The notes beneath the pieces were generated by a model. The model ran no database searches. It saw nothing but the letters and a program-made list of their open reading frames with translations, and was not told the origin of the DNA. DNA of 64,000 bases from Eledone cirrhosa (Eukaryota): the NCBI GenBank assembly GCA_964016885.1, contig OZ024763.1, forward strand, positions 10,354,001-10,418,000, written 5' to 3'. Of this stretch, positions 12,901 to 27,100 are shown piece by piece. Positions within the stretch are counted from its first letter, which is position 1, and each line of letters begins with the position of its first letter. The position numbers and the translations under genes are program-made.

Positions 12901-15900
12901 AAAGAAATTTACTCTGTCAATATATATATATTGAAGTCAGCAGCTGTGATCTCATTATCACAGTGGATGACTTCAATGGATATGTTGGGAAACATCACGA
13001 CAGATTCCCTACTGTACATGGAGGCTAGAGTTATAGCACAAGAAATTAGGGGAGGAAATGTTTTTGATGCTCTCAAATTAATGATCTGTAAGACAAACTT
13101 CAAGAAACCAATCAACCACCTGATTACTTGCAATCAGGGGGTCATACAAGCCAAATAGACTTCATCCTCACCAGGTAACAGTCAAATGGTTATAAATGCC
13201 AAAGCCTTTTAGTTGCCTCTTACTGCCCACCAAGATATCGTATCCCTATTCTATTAGATGATTAGAGATTAAAACAACATAAAGATGATCCACTTACCAG
13301 TTGGTCTTGTAGCTCCAGGTGGGATTGCATCAACTGCTGCTTCACTTCCGTTGTGAACTTCTCAGATTCTTGAAGTTTGGTCATAACAGTAGATATCTAG
13401 AGATTGGGGAAACACGGTTGATGTAGAGAATGGTCATAACATATCTATATAATATATATAAATGTTTTAAGCTAAGATCATGTCACAGCAATCTCAGCTG
13501 CATATTGTAAATGTATGTGCCAATGTGTACAAACTGTATATGGTCATCTAGAGAGGGTCATCTGTAGAGAAGTAGACAAGGATAGTATAGGCTGTCCAGA
13601 ATTCAATGTAGTCGATTGTACAGACCATAAATTTGTGATGTGTACAGTCAACTTAGGTTTTATAGATAGGGACCTGCTTACTGAAAAGTGATCATGTTCT
13701 TTCTGGCACACAAAGCCTACAAGGACTGGATTAAAAAACTAGTTAAGCAGGAGTTGACGGAGGCAATCGTCAACATTTTGTGGTTCACCCAGAAGGGGGC
13801 AATTAGAGTATAATCGGTAATGAGTAGTGATAGAGAAAACTAGACTAAAGGGAGAGCTAGTTAAAAAGCTAGAAGAGGCATTTAGGAAAGGCAATGCAAC
13901 TGATGTGTTTGCAGCGAGATTGCCTCTCAATTAATTCTACACTGTAAAGCTGCATTGTCAGAGCTAGGGCACATGCTCGTAGACATAAGGGGATATAAAC
14001 TGTTCAATGTGTCTGGGTGGAAGAGGTGCAGTGTGGCAACAAAGCCACAATTGAGTCTTTGGTAGACCACGACAGGTGGAGGTGCAGTGTGGCAACAAAG
14101 CCACAATTGAGTCTTTGGTAGACCACGACAGGTGGAGGTGCAGTGTGGCAACAAAGCCACAATTGAGTCTTTGGTAGACCATGACAGGTGGAGGTGCAGT
14201 GTGGCAACAAAGCCACAATTGAGTCTTTGGTAGACCATGACAGGTGGAGGTGCAGTGTGGCAACAAAGCCACAATTGAGTCTTTGGTAGACCATGACAGG
14301 TGGAGGTGCAGTGTGGCAACAAAGCCACAATTGAGTCTTTGGTAGACCATGACAGGTGGAGGTGCAGTGTGGCAACAAAGCCACAATTGAGTCTTTGGTA
14401 GACCACGACAGGCGCATGTTACTCAATCATAAGCTCAACTGTTTGGAAATAAAAGTGGACTGGATTGTGAGATGGACTTCACTGCTGACCTCAATAACAG
14501 CTGCTGAGATATGGGAGGCAATGTGTACAGAGTTGTCACCCGATTTGATGGTCTGCTTTACGAGCTTTACGCTTATATGCCAGGCTTGTTTGGTGACATC
14601 TTGGCAGACACCTACTGCAGCTGGCAGCAGGACAGGGGGACAGTCCCAATTATGTTATGTGAACCAAGTTTATATTGCACACCTACCGACATGAGTAGAA
14701 GAGATCTGGCTATCAGCTGAGTCCATTGTAAAGATCATCCCACCACCTTCCTTTAGCAGTGAAGGACAGTCTTTATCTGCTTGATGGCCATGGCAAAAGA
14801 GGTCATGTGGTGGACACATTTGAAAGGATTGAAGACTAGAACTTTCCTCTTCGCTTGAAGAGAAAAATCAATGTCGAGGGGAAGTGCTAACTTTCAGCGA
14901 GTTTGTTGAAAGGTGGAGGAGAGTGGCGAGCATGGCCTAAGTGAATGGGCCTGTTCTTAGAATACACCTGTAGATTGGAGGAGGAGAACTGGAAAGGAGC
15001 ACTTGCCCTACCAGTCAGGGTGACTCTGGAATTTTGTGGACTTTTTCTATGAGAGATGTTTAGAAATTTTCCTCCTATTGGGGAATTTGATTTTGTTTGT
15101 ATTCTTCATTGATTCCTTAAAAAGTTTTTACGTGCAAACACCCAGTACCATCTTGTGTTGTCCTTGTTTTCTTGATGGGAGTCCTGTGTGGCTAATAAAG
15201 AAATCATTATTATTATCATTATTACCTGTATGCGTGCATCTTCGGCCACTTCTTTGAGATTATTCTCCAGTTCCTCCTGGTATTTACGCTGATTCACTGA
15301 TGCTTGCTGCTCACTCTTCAAGAAACGGTTTAGCTGTTGGACCTTAGATTGAGATTCTTTTAACTGGGCCTGGACTGACTGGAGCTGTGCCTCATAGTTG
15401 TTGCACATGTCACATGGTCGCCCCAACTTTTCTCGGGCACTTTTCAGCTAAAATAATAATAATAAAATCTCTATATAATACTAGTAAAATTTAAATGAAA
15501 AAAAAAAAATGCCAGCACCAGAGTAAAACATACTACAATAACACTGTATTAGTTTATCATTTATAGGAAACAATAAAAGAAATCTTGGTTTTTTTATCTA
15601 CAACACATGTAATCCATATAATATCAATAAGTGACACTTGCAATACAAATTGCTGACAAATCCTTTGGTGAAACTTGTATTACAAGAAGCTGCCACTTAT
15701 TGATATATATATTATTAATATAGTTATAATATTAATGGTATACTGATTTACAGGTTGATCTACAGCTCAATGGAGTAGGGATCTCGCAGAGCTGTTATAC
15801 ATTAAAATTTAAATGACACCAAAGATTTAAAGCATTTTTAAACTGACAGCTGTTTCTACCTGTACAGAGCCACAGGTTTCATCAGAGTTTATTAAAACAT

Positions 15901-18094
15901 TAGGAACATCTAATACATAAAATCATTTTAAAAAATACAAAAGTTTTTTAAAAACAGTTAAAAAATGCTGATGAGAAAGAGGTGTATATTATTGTGAGAG
16001 AAGCATATGATGTTTGGAGGGAATGTTATTTAAAGGTTTTATACTGATATTTCAAATTTTGCTAGTCATTATTAATTAAAGTTTTTTATTAATAAACCTG
16101 TAAACATACATCTTACAAAGTGTAATATTCAATCTTATATGTTTGTTCAAACATATATTACATGGACATAAAACAGGTGAACATCCGTGCAGGGAGATTC
16201 AGTCTGGACTCGTGTGGAGATGGAAAGGTAGGTCCCTTAAGTGCACTTGTCACACTATGTCCTCAAACAATTTGGAACTTTTTGAAACTGATCTGAAAGA
16301 TTTCCTGGCATGATTTGTAACCTTGAGCAAGACTTGGGTCCATCACTACCAACCTGGAACAAAGGAGCAGTCTAAACAGTGGAAGCACCCATCCTCACCC
16401 ACCCCGAAGAAGGTCAAGATCACACCATCAGCAGGAAACGTCATGGCTACCATTTTCTGGGATGCACAAGGAATGTTGTTGGTGATTATATCCAAAAGGG
16501 CCACACCAAAATGTCTGCATGAGAACATCAAGAAGAGGCCCTGATTGCTGACAAAAGGGGCCTTGTTCCATCATGGCAATGCTCCTGCCCACATCGCGGT
16601 AGTGGCAATAGCAATAATCTGTTACTGTAAGTTCTAACTCCCTCATCTACCCTACACACCAGACCTCACACCCTCCAACTTCCACCTGTTACCAAACATG
16701 AAAAAGGATATGGCTGGACAACACTATGCCACAGATGACGTTGTCATAGATGCTGTGGACACCGACATGGGGGACCAAACTAAGGAGTTCGACTTCAGCA
16801 CCGGTGGAAAAAGTGTGATTCAAACGGAGACTATGTGGAAAAATAAAACAAGACAATATTTGCATATGCTACCGTTTGTTGGAGGTTCAAAACTTTTCAG
16901 TCACCCCTCATATCATCATCATCACCGTTTCACATCCATTTTACCATGCTTGCATGGGTCAGATGGGTCATCCGTGTTGAGAGACAAGTCTGGCCAGGAT
17001 TGGCTACACCGTATGTTGCTCGAACGGGACTATAAATTCAGTCAGGGTTTTAGCAGCTGGATGCCCTTCCTAACACCAACCAACCATCATCATTTCATTT
17101 TACGTCCGCTTTTCCCTGCTTGCAAGGGTGAGACGGGAACTGATTCTGGCTTGCTTTCTACAGCTGGATGCCCTTCCTAACACCAACCTCATTTACAGTG
17201 TGGGCTGGGTGCTTTTTTGCTGTGGCACTCCCACGACCACTTTGCAGTGGAATGATAGGGACCCGAGTCCCTATCATCTCATTTCTACAGCTGAGTAAAC
17301 TGGAGCAATGAGAAATAAAGTGTCTTGCTCAAGGAAACAACACATCACCCGGTCTGAGAATTGAACTCACAACTTTTCAATTGCAAGGCCAATGCTCTAA
17401 CCACTAAACTTATATATATATATAAATCATTATCATCATCACTGTTTAACATATTTTTTCCATGCTGGCATAAGTTAGATAGCTTTCAAATACTGTAACA
17501 TGTGGAGGGTGTCTGACATAATGTGGAGTGTGCTTGGTTTCCCTTGATGGCCCACAAGGGGTGTTTATATACTGCTTAGAGCAAGTGGATGAGTGATGTC
17601 TGTCATTTTGGTGTGTGCCAGGCTTTGCTGGGTTGGGGGGTGCAAGGGTGCAGCAGGTGGAATGGGATGAATCAGTCAAGGTTCATTCTAGCTTTCCATG
17701 CAAGCATGGGTCGTGCAAAGAGGTTATTAGCAGGCGAGGACCTCAGAGTTATTCCTTCTTCAGGTTTAGGGTGGAGGAGATCACAAGTATGCTGATAGGG
17801 AATTCAGGCGTGTACTGGCAGGAAAAGGGCGACGACCTGAGTTTTCAACCACTTCTATACATACAACTAAATTATGACATATACACCAACTTGTATATGT
17901 GTGCCTGTCAGTATGTGTCGGTGTGTGTGTGCCTGTGTGTGAGTGCGCGAGTCCCTGTCTCGGTGTGTGTGCATGTGTGAGTGCCTGTCTCAGTGTGTGT
18001 GTGTATCTGTGTGAGTGCCCGTCTCAGTGTGTGTGTGTGTGTGTCAAAGTACGTGAGTGCCTGTGTGTGTGTGTATTTGTGTGAGTGCCTGTCT

Positions 18095-18144
<50 letters not shown>

Positions 18145-21100
18145 CAATGTACTTGTGTGCCTGTGTGTGTGAGTGCCTGTGTGTATGTGCATGCATGTAT
18201 ATCAATATTTTACCTCCTGTTGTAGAAGTTCCCATTCTTTGTCACTAACCATACGTCGTCCCTCCAGAGAGAATCCGTCAGTCTTGGACTTCACACTTGC
18301 CAACAGTGAGTTGTGGGCCTCAACTTCAGGAGTTGGGTCTGAAACACACAAAACATTCAACAAATTCACAAAAAATAAAATGTAAAACACATCCCTCCCC
18401 TGCCCCCATCAAAACACTCATCTGAAATCCTAATTTACACCTATATTTCTATACTGGCCTGTGTCAGATGGGTCGTTATGGTATAGGTCAGTAATTGGAG
18501 TTACTGTCCTCTTAGACAGACCAGGGTAGTATGGGATCTGCAGCTGTGATATGGTTTATACAGCTAGATGCTCTTCTACACAGCAACCACTTTACAGAGT
18601 GTACTGGGTGCAACTTATGGCATATTTACAGTGGTTAAGTCTTTCAAGTGGCTCACTGCTCAGTCACCAATAACTTTACAGAATGTACAGGGTATATTTT
18701 ATCAAGGTGGCAACACTGAACAGGTTGTAATGCCCAAGATGTCCCTAAAGAGTATACATGTCCCTGTTTCCCTATTCATTACCTAACTACTTTACAGAAT
18801 GTACTCAGTATATTTTACCATGATACCAGCACTGAAGAGACTATCATGTCCCCTGCAAAACTAAAGATCCCTACCTATTCTATATAGTCTCTGTTCCTCT
18901 AAGGAATGATGACCAGTTTAAATTACCCCTTTTGTTACAGTATTTCTAAAAGGTTCTGCAACCAACTAGAGCCCCTTAACACTTTCGTTTTATTTCTAAG
19001 GGGGTTCTGCAACCAATATAGGACTAGAATCCCCACCATGGGAACCTCCTATAAGATTACAACTGATAAGAGGCCATCTAAACCTCTGCATATATGTGAC
19101 CCATAACAACAACAACCAACGTACCTGTAATTGCACGCCTCTGAGCCTCAGTCAACGAAGGAAGCGTTATGGTCTTCTCGGGACTAATCCGGATTGTGTT
19201 GTATACCGTGTGAGCCAAACTAGTATTTAGTAAGGAGGAGTCAAATGATTCATTGTTGATATCACTGACATCAGAACTGGAAAAGGATTTCTTCACCCCT
19301 GTACTGATCTCATTCTTCTGTACAGTGAGGTCAACCAGGCTGCTGGACACGGTGGAGGTCTTACACTGAGGGTCAGCACTAACAGTCTTCATAAGTGAAC
19401 TCTGGCAGGAGGAAGGTGGCGAAAATAGAGAGAAAAATATAAAATATAGACATTTAATAAAATATACAAACTGACAAAGATGAAGATGAGAGGGAAAGAG
19501 AGAGGGAAAGAGAGAAAGTGAGACAGAGAGGGATAGAGAGAGAGATGAAGAGAGAGGTGGACAGAGAGAGAAAAAGGTAGAAATGTCAATAAAATGATGA
19601 TGGTGGGGGTGTTGTTAGTGTTGCTGTTGGGGGTGGTGGTGATAGTAGCAGTGATGGTGTTGGTGGTGTTGGTGTGGTGGTGGTAATGGTGGTGTTGGTG
19701 TTGGTGTGGTAGTGGTGGTAATGGTGATGGTGGTGTTGGTGTGGTGGTGTTGGTGTTGTAGTGGTGGTGGTGGTGGTGGTGGTGGTGGTGGTGGCGGTGG
19801 TGTTGGTGTGGTAGTGGTGGTGGTGGTGTTAGTGGCATTGGTAGTGGTGGTGTTAGTGGTATTGGTAGTGGTGGTAGTGGTGGTGGTAGTGGTGGTAGTG
19901 GTGGTGTTGGTGTGGTAGTGGTAGTGGTGGTAATGGTGGTGGTGGTGTTGGTGTGGTGGTGGCGGTGGTGGTGGTAGTGGTGGTGTTATTGTTAGTGGTA
20001 TTGGTAGTGGTGGTAGTGGTGGTGTTGGTGTGGTAGTGGTAGTGGTGGTAATGGTGGTGGTGGTGTTGGTGTGGTGGTGGCGGTGGTGGTGGTGGTGGTG
20101 GTAGTGGTGGTGTTATTGTTAGTGGTATTGGTAGTGGTAGTGGTGGTCGTGGTGGTATTGGTAGTGATGATGGTGATGGTATTGGTAGTGGTGGTGGTAG
20201 TGATGGTGGTGTTAGTGGTATTGGTAGTAGTGGTGTTGGTAGTAGCATTGGTAGTGATGGTGGTGGTATTGGTAGTGATGGTGATGGTGGTGTTGGTGAT
20301 GGTGGTATTGGTAGTGGTGGTGGTGATAGTGTTTTTGAGGGCCAGAAGGAAGGAGTGGTAGAGATAAGAGCAGTAACAACAATAAAACTGCCAACAACTA
20401 TAACGTTATTCAATTTAGGCACATGGCCAGCAATTTGTGGGGAAGTTTGATCATATTGAGCCCAGTATATGACTGGTATTGTATTTGATCAACTCTGGAA
20501 AGTTGAAAAGCAAAGGTGACCTGGATAAGATTTGAAACCAGCATGGATAGCACCCCAATAAAATACTGCAATACATTTCATCTGATTCTCTAACAATTCT
20601 GGTAATAAACCAACCTACCAGCGATGCTGATAATAATAATAATTGTTTCTACTTTAGGCACAAGGCCAACAATTTTGGGGGAAGGGAAAATTGATTAAAT
20701 CGACCCCAATATTTTTCTTTATCGACCCTGTAAGGATGAAAGGCAAAGTCAACCTCAGCATGATTTGAACTCAGAACATAAAGAGACGTAACTATGCCGC
20801 GAAGCATGTTGTCCAGCGCTCTACCGATACTGCCAATCCACCGTTAATAACATCATCACTGAAACAAACCAACTAATCATAGCAGCCACTAATGTCATTG
20901 CTGACATAATAGGATACAAGTGGAAAAGAAAGAACCATGTTAGAGGAAGAGAAAATGAAGTTGGAAAATACACGGATAGAAGTGAGGTAGACAGGATAAT
21001 GAGAGGGGAAATAATGAGGCAATAGAGAGGAAACTGAATGGTCAGTAGAGGTTAGAAGGTGAAGGGGAAAAGAGTAGGTAAAACAATGTCACAGATGAAG

Positions 21101-24100
21101 TGATGCTAGATGCAAGAGATTTGTTCTGAAATAGATTATTTCAATCAAATAGAAGATGCCTTTTTGATGGGAAAACAACATCAGGAAGTGATTCCTGATG
21201 TCAAAGAAAGTACAACATTTTAGGGAGAACTTTGGGGCAGGCCAGTGAGTCATAATGAAAATCCAGAGTGGCTAACACAGGTAGAGACAACTTAGTAATG
21301 TGATGTAACAGAGGCACGTGGGAATTGATCTGAACTCAAGACCAGGCCCTGATGGAGTGCAAGGTGATTGGATGAAGACGTTGACAAAGTTACATGAAAG
21401 GACTGTAGCACAACTTGAAGAATGCTTACAGCAAGGACAAGTGTGTCTTAACCCTTTACCATTTACATTACTCTATATTTATTATTGTATTTTAACGGTA
21501 AAGGCCTTATCTCACATAATATCGAATCTATGAGATTTTGATGTTATTCATTTTGAGAACAATACCTTAACATCAGTATGAGTGGCCAGTTGCAGCCAGT
21601 TTGAACAGAAAGAGGTGAGAGACTTCTGGCTGGATACAGCCAGTTAAATGCTAAAGGGTTAAAGATCCAATAAATTGTAATTTGGTGGAAATGTTATACC
21701 ATTGTAACAGTTTACTTCCAAAGGAACAGAAAAGATGTAGCAGAAGTAATGAAAATAAAGATCAGTTAATTGATAATAGACCAGAGAGAATATAAGAAAA
21801 GGAGACATAATTAAGTTGTAAAAAATTTACACTGAAAGTTTTGTGAGAAATGTTTGAAGCAGGAAGTATGTGGTACAATCAGTGAGTGGATTGAGTATTT
21901 CAGTGGAGGTTGTCAGGGATTGATCTCATTTGAATGGCACATGTCTACACCTCCCCTACCAGACAATCAATGACAAGTGCCCTGCATTTAGCCTAAAATT
22001 ATCAATATAATCCTTTTTGTTTGGGTGCTTTCTCAGCAGTGCCACTGAGTGGCCCCTCTATGCCTTTGTCAAGTTTACAAACTTGAACAAAAGGTCAGAA
22101 CCGATGAAAAAAGAAAAATCTTTGGAAAATTTTTGAGATCCGTAATTAAGTGTGCTTCTACTTCAGTAGTCAATAATAATAATAATAATAATAATAATGA
22201 AGATTGAGCACAACAAACTAGATAATATTATAATTGAGGATGGAGTGAGAAACTGTACCTTCATAGATGTAATGTGTGCTTTTGACACCAGAATTGAATG
22301 GAAAAAAAAGGGAGAAAGTAGGAGTTTATACTGACTTAAAACATGAGATGTTGAAATGCTGGAGTAACCATTGTCCCAGTGGTGATTGGTGCTCTTGGGG
22401 GTGAAGAACCTTGAAAACTACCTGTTGAAGATAGACATTGCACCAGGGCTTGAACCACTCCAGAAGTCATGCCTACTGGAAACAGCTCGAATATTGAGAA
22501 AGGTGCTGAATTACTAGCAGCAGTGAAATGACAAGGAATGATATGAAAAAGTTGGGGTTATTCTAGGTTACTAGTTGTAGCCCAGTATTCCTTAAAATAA
22601 CCGGATCAAAGCAACATCAAAATTGGTCGTCATAAATAGTCAAATAATAACAATGATTTGTACTATAGGTAACAGGCCAGCAATTTGGGGAGAGGGCAAA
22701 GTTGATTAAAACAACCCCAGCACTTGACTAGTACTCTATTTTATTGACCCCGAAGGATGAAAGGTAAAGTTGATCTCAGAATGTAAGGAGCCAGAAAAAA
22801 TACTGCAGTGACATTCTATCCACCATAATAATAATAATAGTAGTAAAAATGACAAACAAGTAGCTTACCTTTACTGGACTGGCCTGTTGTCGCTGTAGAA
22901 TCTCTGTAGAAACAAAGAGAAAACTACTCAGAAACTTACATTACAAAACCATATACTGTATGTGTGTATACACACATACGCATTTATATATTGCATCTTT
23001 TTACATGATATGATGTGTAAAGTCAGTGTATGACCTACAAAACCTCAATTCAAGATATATGGTACATTGTAAATGTAAGTAAAATGGAGGTGTGATTTAT
23101 CTACTGGACCTATAAAACCCTAATTTAAAATTAATAATAATAGTGGGTAGTGATTTCAATCAGTACCACAAAGCATGATGACCCAGCCCTAGATGAGCCC
23201 CAGCCAACAGTGCCTAGAACAGGCCTTTATCCAGGGTTAAAGAATTTCACACACACACCCCCACACCCCCTCTGGGGTAGATGGGCATCACGACATATAA
23301 GGTAAAGCTGTGATGGTGGCAACTCATCTAGGACAAGGAAAAGTTTGATATAAAGCCACTGGAATGGTGGCCAGCGTATGATAGCCTTAGTTAAGGGTAG
23401 ATAGAAGTCTTGGTTGATAACTTATCTAGAGATAAGTGACTCAATAAAAACACTGGTCTTTGTGGGACCTTACTTGTAAACCCTTCATGTTATCATAACA
23501 TCACAAATCATACCAGATTGATCATTGCTCGGGTCAACAAGGACTGCGTTCCTCTGAGAGGAACCAATTTGAGGTTGGAAAGTTGGCTAATAGATTAAAC
23601 TCTTCGACAAAAGATGGAGCCTGGTCACGAAATCCAGAACAATTCCAACGATAGACCACCGAACTCTCCATCAAATACATCTATAAGAATTTGTGAGAAA
23701 CAGACTCACAAAGAATATAACCAAGTTATGACAGCATTCTACTCAGCCCAAAGAAATCCAACCTCTAACATCACAAATCAAACTTACGATATCTGGAGGG
23801 AAATATTAGGAATGAGACAAGGTTGTACATAGATGCAATTAAACTCTCTAATGTCCTCGGGAATACCATGCAAAATAACAGGTTTACCAGAGGAGAATTG
23901 GAGCAAATAAAATGAAATGTTAAACTCACCACAAGAAACGAACCCATTACCAAAGATTAATGTAATTATTGGAGTTCATAAGTTTTATCCTGAAGAAGTC
24001 AACCAAAAAATAATAGAAATAAATGGTAACCCAGTGCAGATCAACAATAACTAAACCTGAACAACTGGACACTAGAGGAGCTACATAAACTCAGAAATAT

Positions 24101-27100
24101 AATGAGATGAGCATGAAAATATTTCACAGCAGCAGAAAGTCATATACCTGAAGCAGTAAACAAAACCAGTCATACAAAATTATATGACAGGCAATATCTA
24201 CCAAAAATCCAATCCACAAGCCTAACAAGAAAATCATTGATATATATATATAATGTTGCACTACAAGAATATCTCGGTGTTGATGACCATCGTAATATAA
24301 GTATCATAAACTATATAATATATTCAACACGACCAACTGTAACTGAAAAATTAAAAATAAACAAAGAAGAAAAACATTTGTAACAGGCACAAAGAGCCTG
24401 CTTTGGAATGTAAAACTAAAGAAAGAAATAGAGATACTGAAGAGTGACAGCTCAGTACTTCATGAAATGTTAATTGAAATCCAGAAAACTAAAAAGAAAA
24501 TACAAAATAACAGACATACACAACATCTCAGAAATAAAAGAAACATTGAAGCAAAAAGTACAAGTGAAATCACAAAGGATAAGGTGGTATGAAAAAAGAA
24601 CACATTTTTATAGGTAAGAACAAGATTTTTGAAATAGATGACAAAAGGTTCTATAGAGAAATAGGAAATCACGAAATAAAAATAAAAAAGGCACCTTTAA
24701 TGTAAGAAGTAGACAAATTCCTCGAAAACATCTGGAGTAATCTAAAGAAATGCAATCAAAATTCTGAGTGGATTGAATGGCAGAAAATATGAATGAGGGA
24801 TATATGTGGGTCAGTTAAAAAGTTCCTAGGCTGACCAAGATACTCTCATGGAATGTGACCAGGAGATGTCCAAGAAAGAAGTAACAACAAAGAGGAAGAA
24901 CAACCCAATTGAAAAGGCCCTTCATAGCATCTTTTTAAAGAAAACAGAATTCAGGGATCTGCAGACATGGAACTGGTTAAAGAAAAGGGACCTTAAGAAA
25001 GCTGCAGAGGATATGCTACTAGCTGCACAGGAGCAAGCTCTTAAAATGAAGTGGGTGAAACACCATATTGACAAGGAGGAGGCTTGCCCACTCTGTAGGA
25101 TCTATGGAGAGAGGGAGAGGAAACTGTGGCTCACATTGTATCCAAGTGTAAACACCTAGCCCAGACTCACTATTTAGGATGGAGGCATGACATCATAGGA
25201 AAAGTGGTTGACTGGTATTTATGAAAACTGAACAAATTACCTCATCCTGAGAAATGGTATGAGCATAAGCCAGAATCGGTGATAGAAAATGACCAGTTGA
25301 AGGGGCTGTGGGATTTCAGGATACAGATTAACAAAGAATTAGAACACAACAGGGCCTGACCTGGTGGTTTTTGACAAGGAAAAAAGATCTTGCTTCATTA
25401 TAAAAGTAGCTTGCCCCTTTAACACAAGAGTGCAAGAAAAAGAGAGGGAGAAAATTAACTGGTAAACAGATTTGAGACTGTCATGAGATCAATGTCGTCC
25501 CCATTGTCAGAGGAGCACTGGGTACTGTCTCAAAGAGCTTCCAAAGTTGGTTAAAGAACATTAGCCCGGCCCCACTTTTTGGAACATTTCAGAAGGCCTG
25601 CCTACATGCCTACTGGGAACAGCAAGATCCTCCGATATGTCCTGAATATGTGAGGCTGCAAGTAATGGCTTGATGTTCATTCGGGCAAAATTTTTGGTTA
25701 AATAACAACAATGACTGAGATATCAAAGTAATAATAATAATTTTAATTTAGCCACAAGTCCAGCAATTTTGGGAGAATGGGAGAAGAGAGGGCACTTAAA
25801 TCGACACCTGTGCTTGGCTAGTAGTTTATTTAATCAACTACAGAAGGATGAAAGGCAATGTTGACCGAAAGAGGGTTTGAACTGAGAACATGTCTGAAGA
25901 AAATACATCAAAGTGTGATGTTTGAAATAAGAGAGAGAGGTTCAATCCTGCCTGATAACAAGAAAATAACATCAACCTCAACAACAGTCTATACAATATA
26001 TAGTGCCAACCTTTTCGCCTCTGTTCTTGTTCTCGTTGTTGTTTCTCTCTCATCTCTTCCAGTTCCTTAACTCTACGTTCCTGGGCATCTCGTTCCAGAT
26101 CTTTCTGTTGAAGTTCTAAAAAAATACACACACAGGACAGTGGAGGAATTTAGTAATATAACAAACTTTCTCATTATTAAACTGACATTTGGAAGATTCT
26201 TACAAAGATTCTTACATAAAATATAAACATTTCAAAAGGAACAAAGGTTTTTAAATAAAAATAAACACTTTAAAACAGTTTCAAATGGATTGAACCATGT
26301 GATGTGTTGTGTGTGAAAAATAATATACATTATAAAACTTGTAGATTCCTCCCTAACCCCACCGACCCTTGACTTTTTCACCCTTAATATACCTATTCTG
26401 CCCAACCCATCCATGGAAAGCTGGTAATGCTCCACATTTGCTCTCCCATGATGCTGTTGCCATGACAAGAGAAAAAAACACTGACCACCTTGTATGGTGA
26501 TCTGGTGCCACAACAAAAGCACACAATCCACCCTGTAAGTGACACGACAAAAAGTGGCCAGTCCACCTTGTAAGGTGGTCATGCCAGTGACACAATGAAA
26601 AAGTACTCACTCCACACTGTAATGTGTGTAACATTAGGAAGGGAATCCAGCTATAGTAACCAAGCCAAAATACAGATCCATATGAACAAGACACGGTCAA
26701 CTGAGGTGATTTGTTTTATAACATCTAACCTGCAAGCATGGAAAAGTGCAAGTTAAACGATGATCTTTTTCTTTCATGTGAGACATCAACCATGTGACAT
26801 CCCCCATGTGCTGCAACCAGCTCACAGTAGTGGGGTTAGGGTGTGTAAAGTCCACACTCTCAGGTGGGCAGAGATCCAGACACTCACTTAGTATGTGTTC
26901 TGCTGTCTGCTCTGGCAAGCAACACTACTAAGCTGCTGATGGCTGCAGCCCTCAGCGTTGCATGGTTGCATTGAATTGGCTGAACCAGGGCTCCCACTCC
27001 CTCCGAGAGCAGTTAGCACCTGGTGGGAGGGCTGTATTAGGGTTAACATTCAATTAGGCCAGTTGAGATGTCTGTTGCCAGCTAGCTCTCAACGTCTGCA

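Noticed and set aside
13927-14426. Repetitive Cys/His ORFs in three frames
   Set aside because: 56-bp minisatellite artefact; the surrounding sequence looks like an unclassified decayed element.
19389-20422. Pro-, His- or Val-rich ORFs
   Set aside because: Translations of a (GGT)n tract.
23160-23400. Possible HDV-like ribozyme in retroelement 5' UTR (also about 32380-32600)
   Set aside because: Plausible for these clades, but I could not trace the nested double pseudoknot by eye; it needs a descriptor search.
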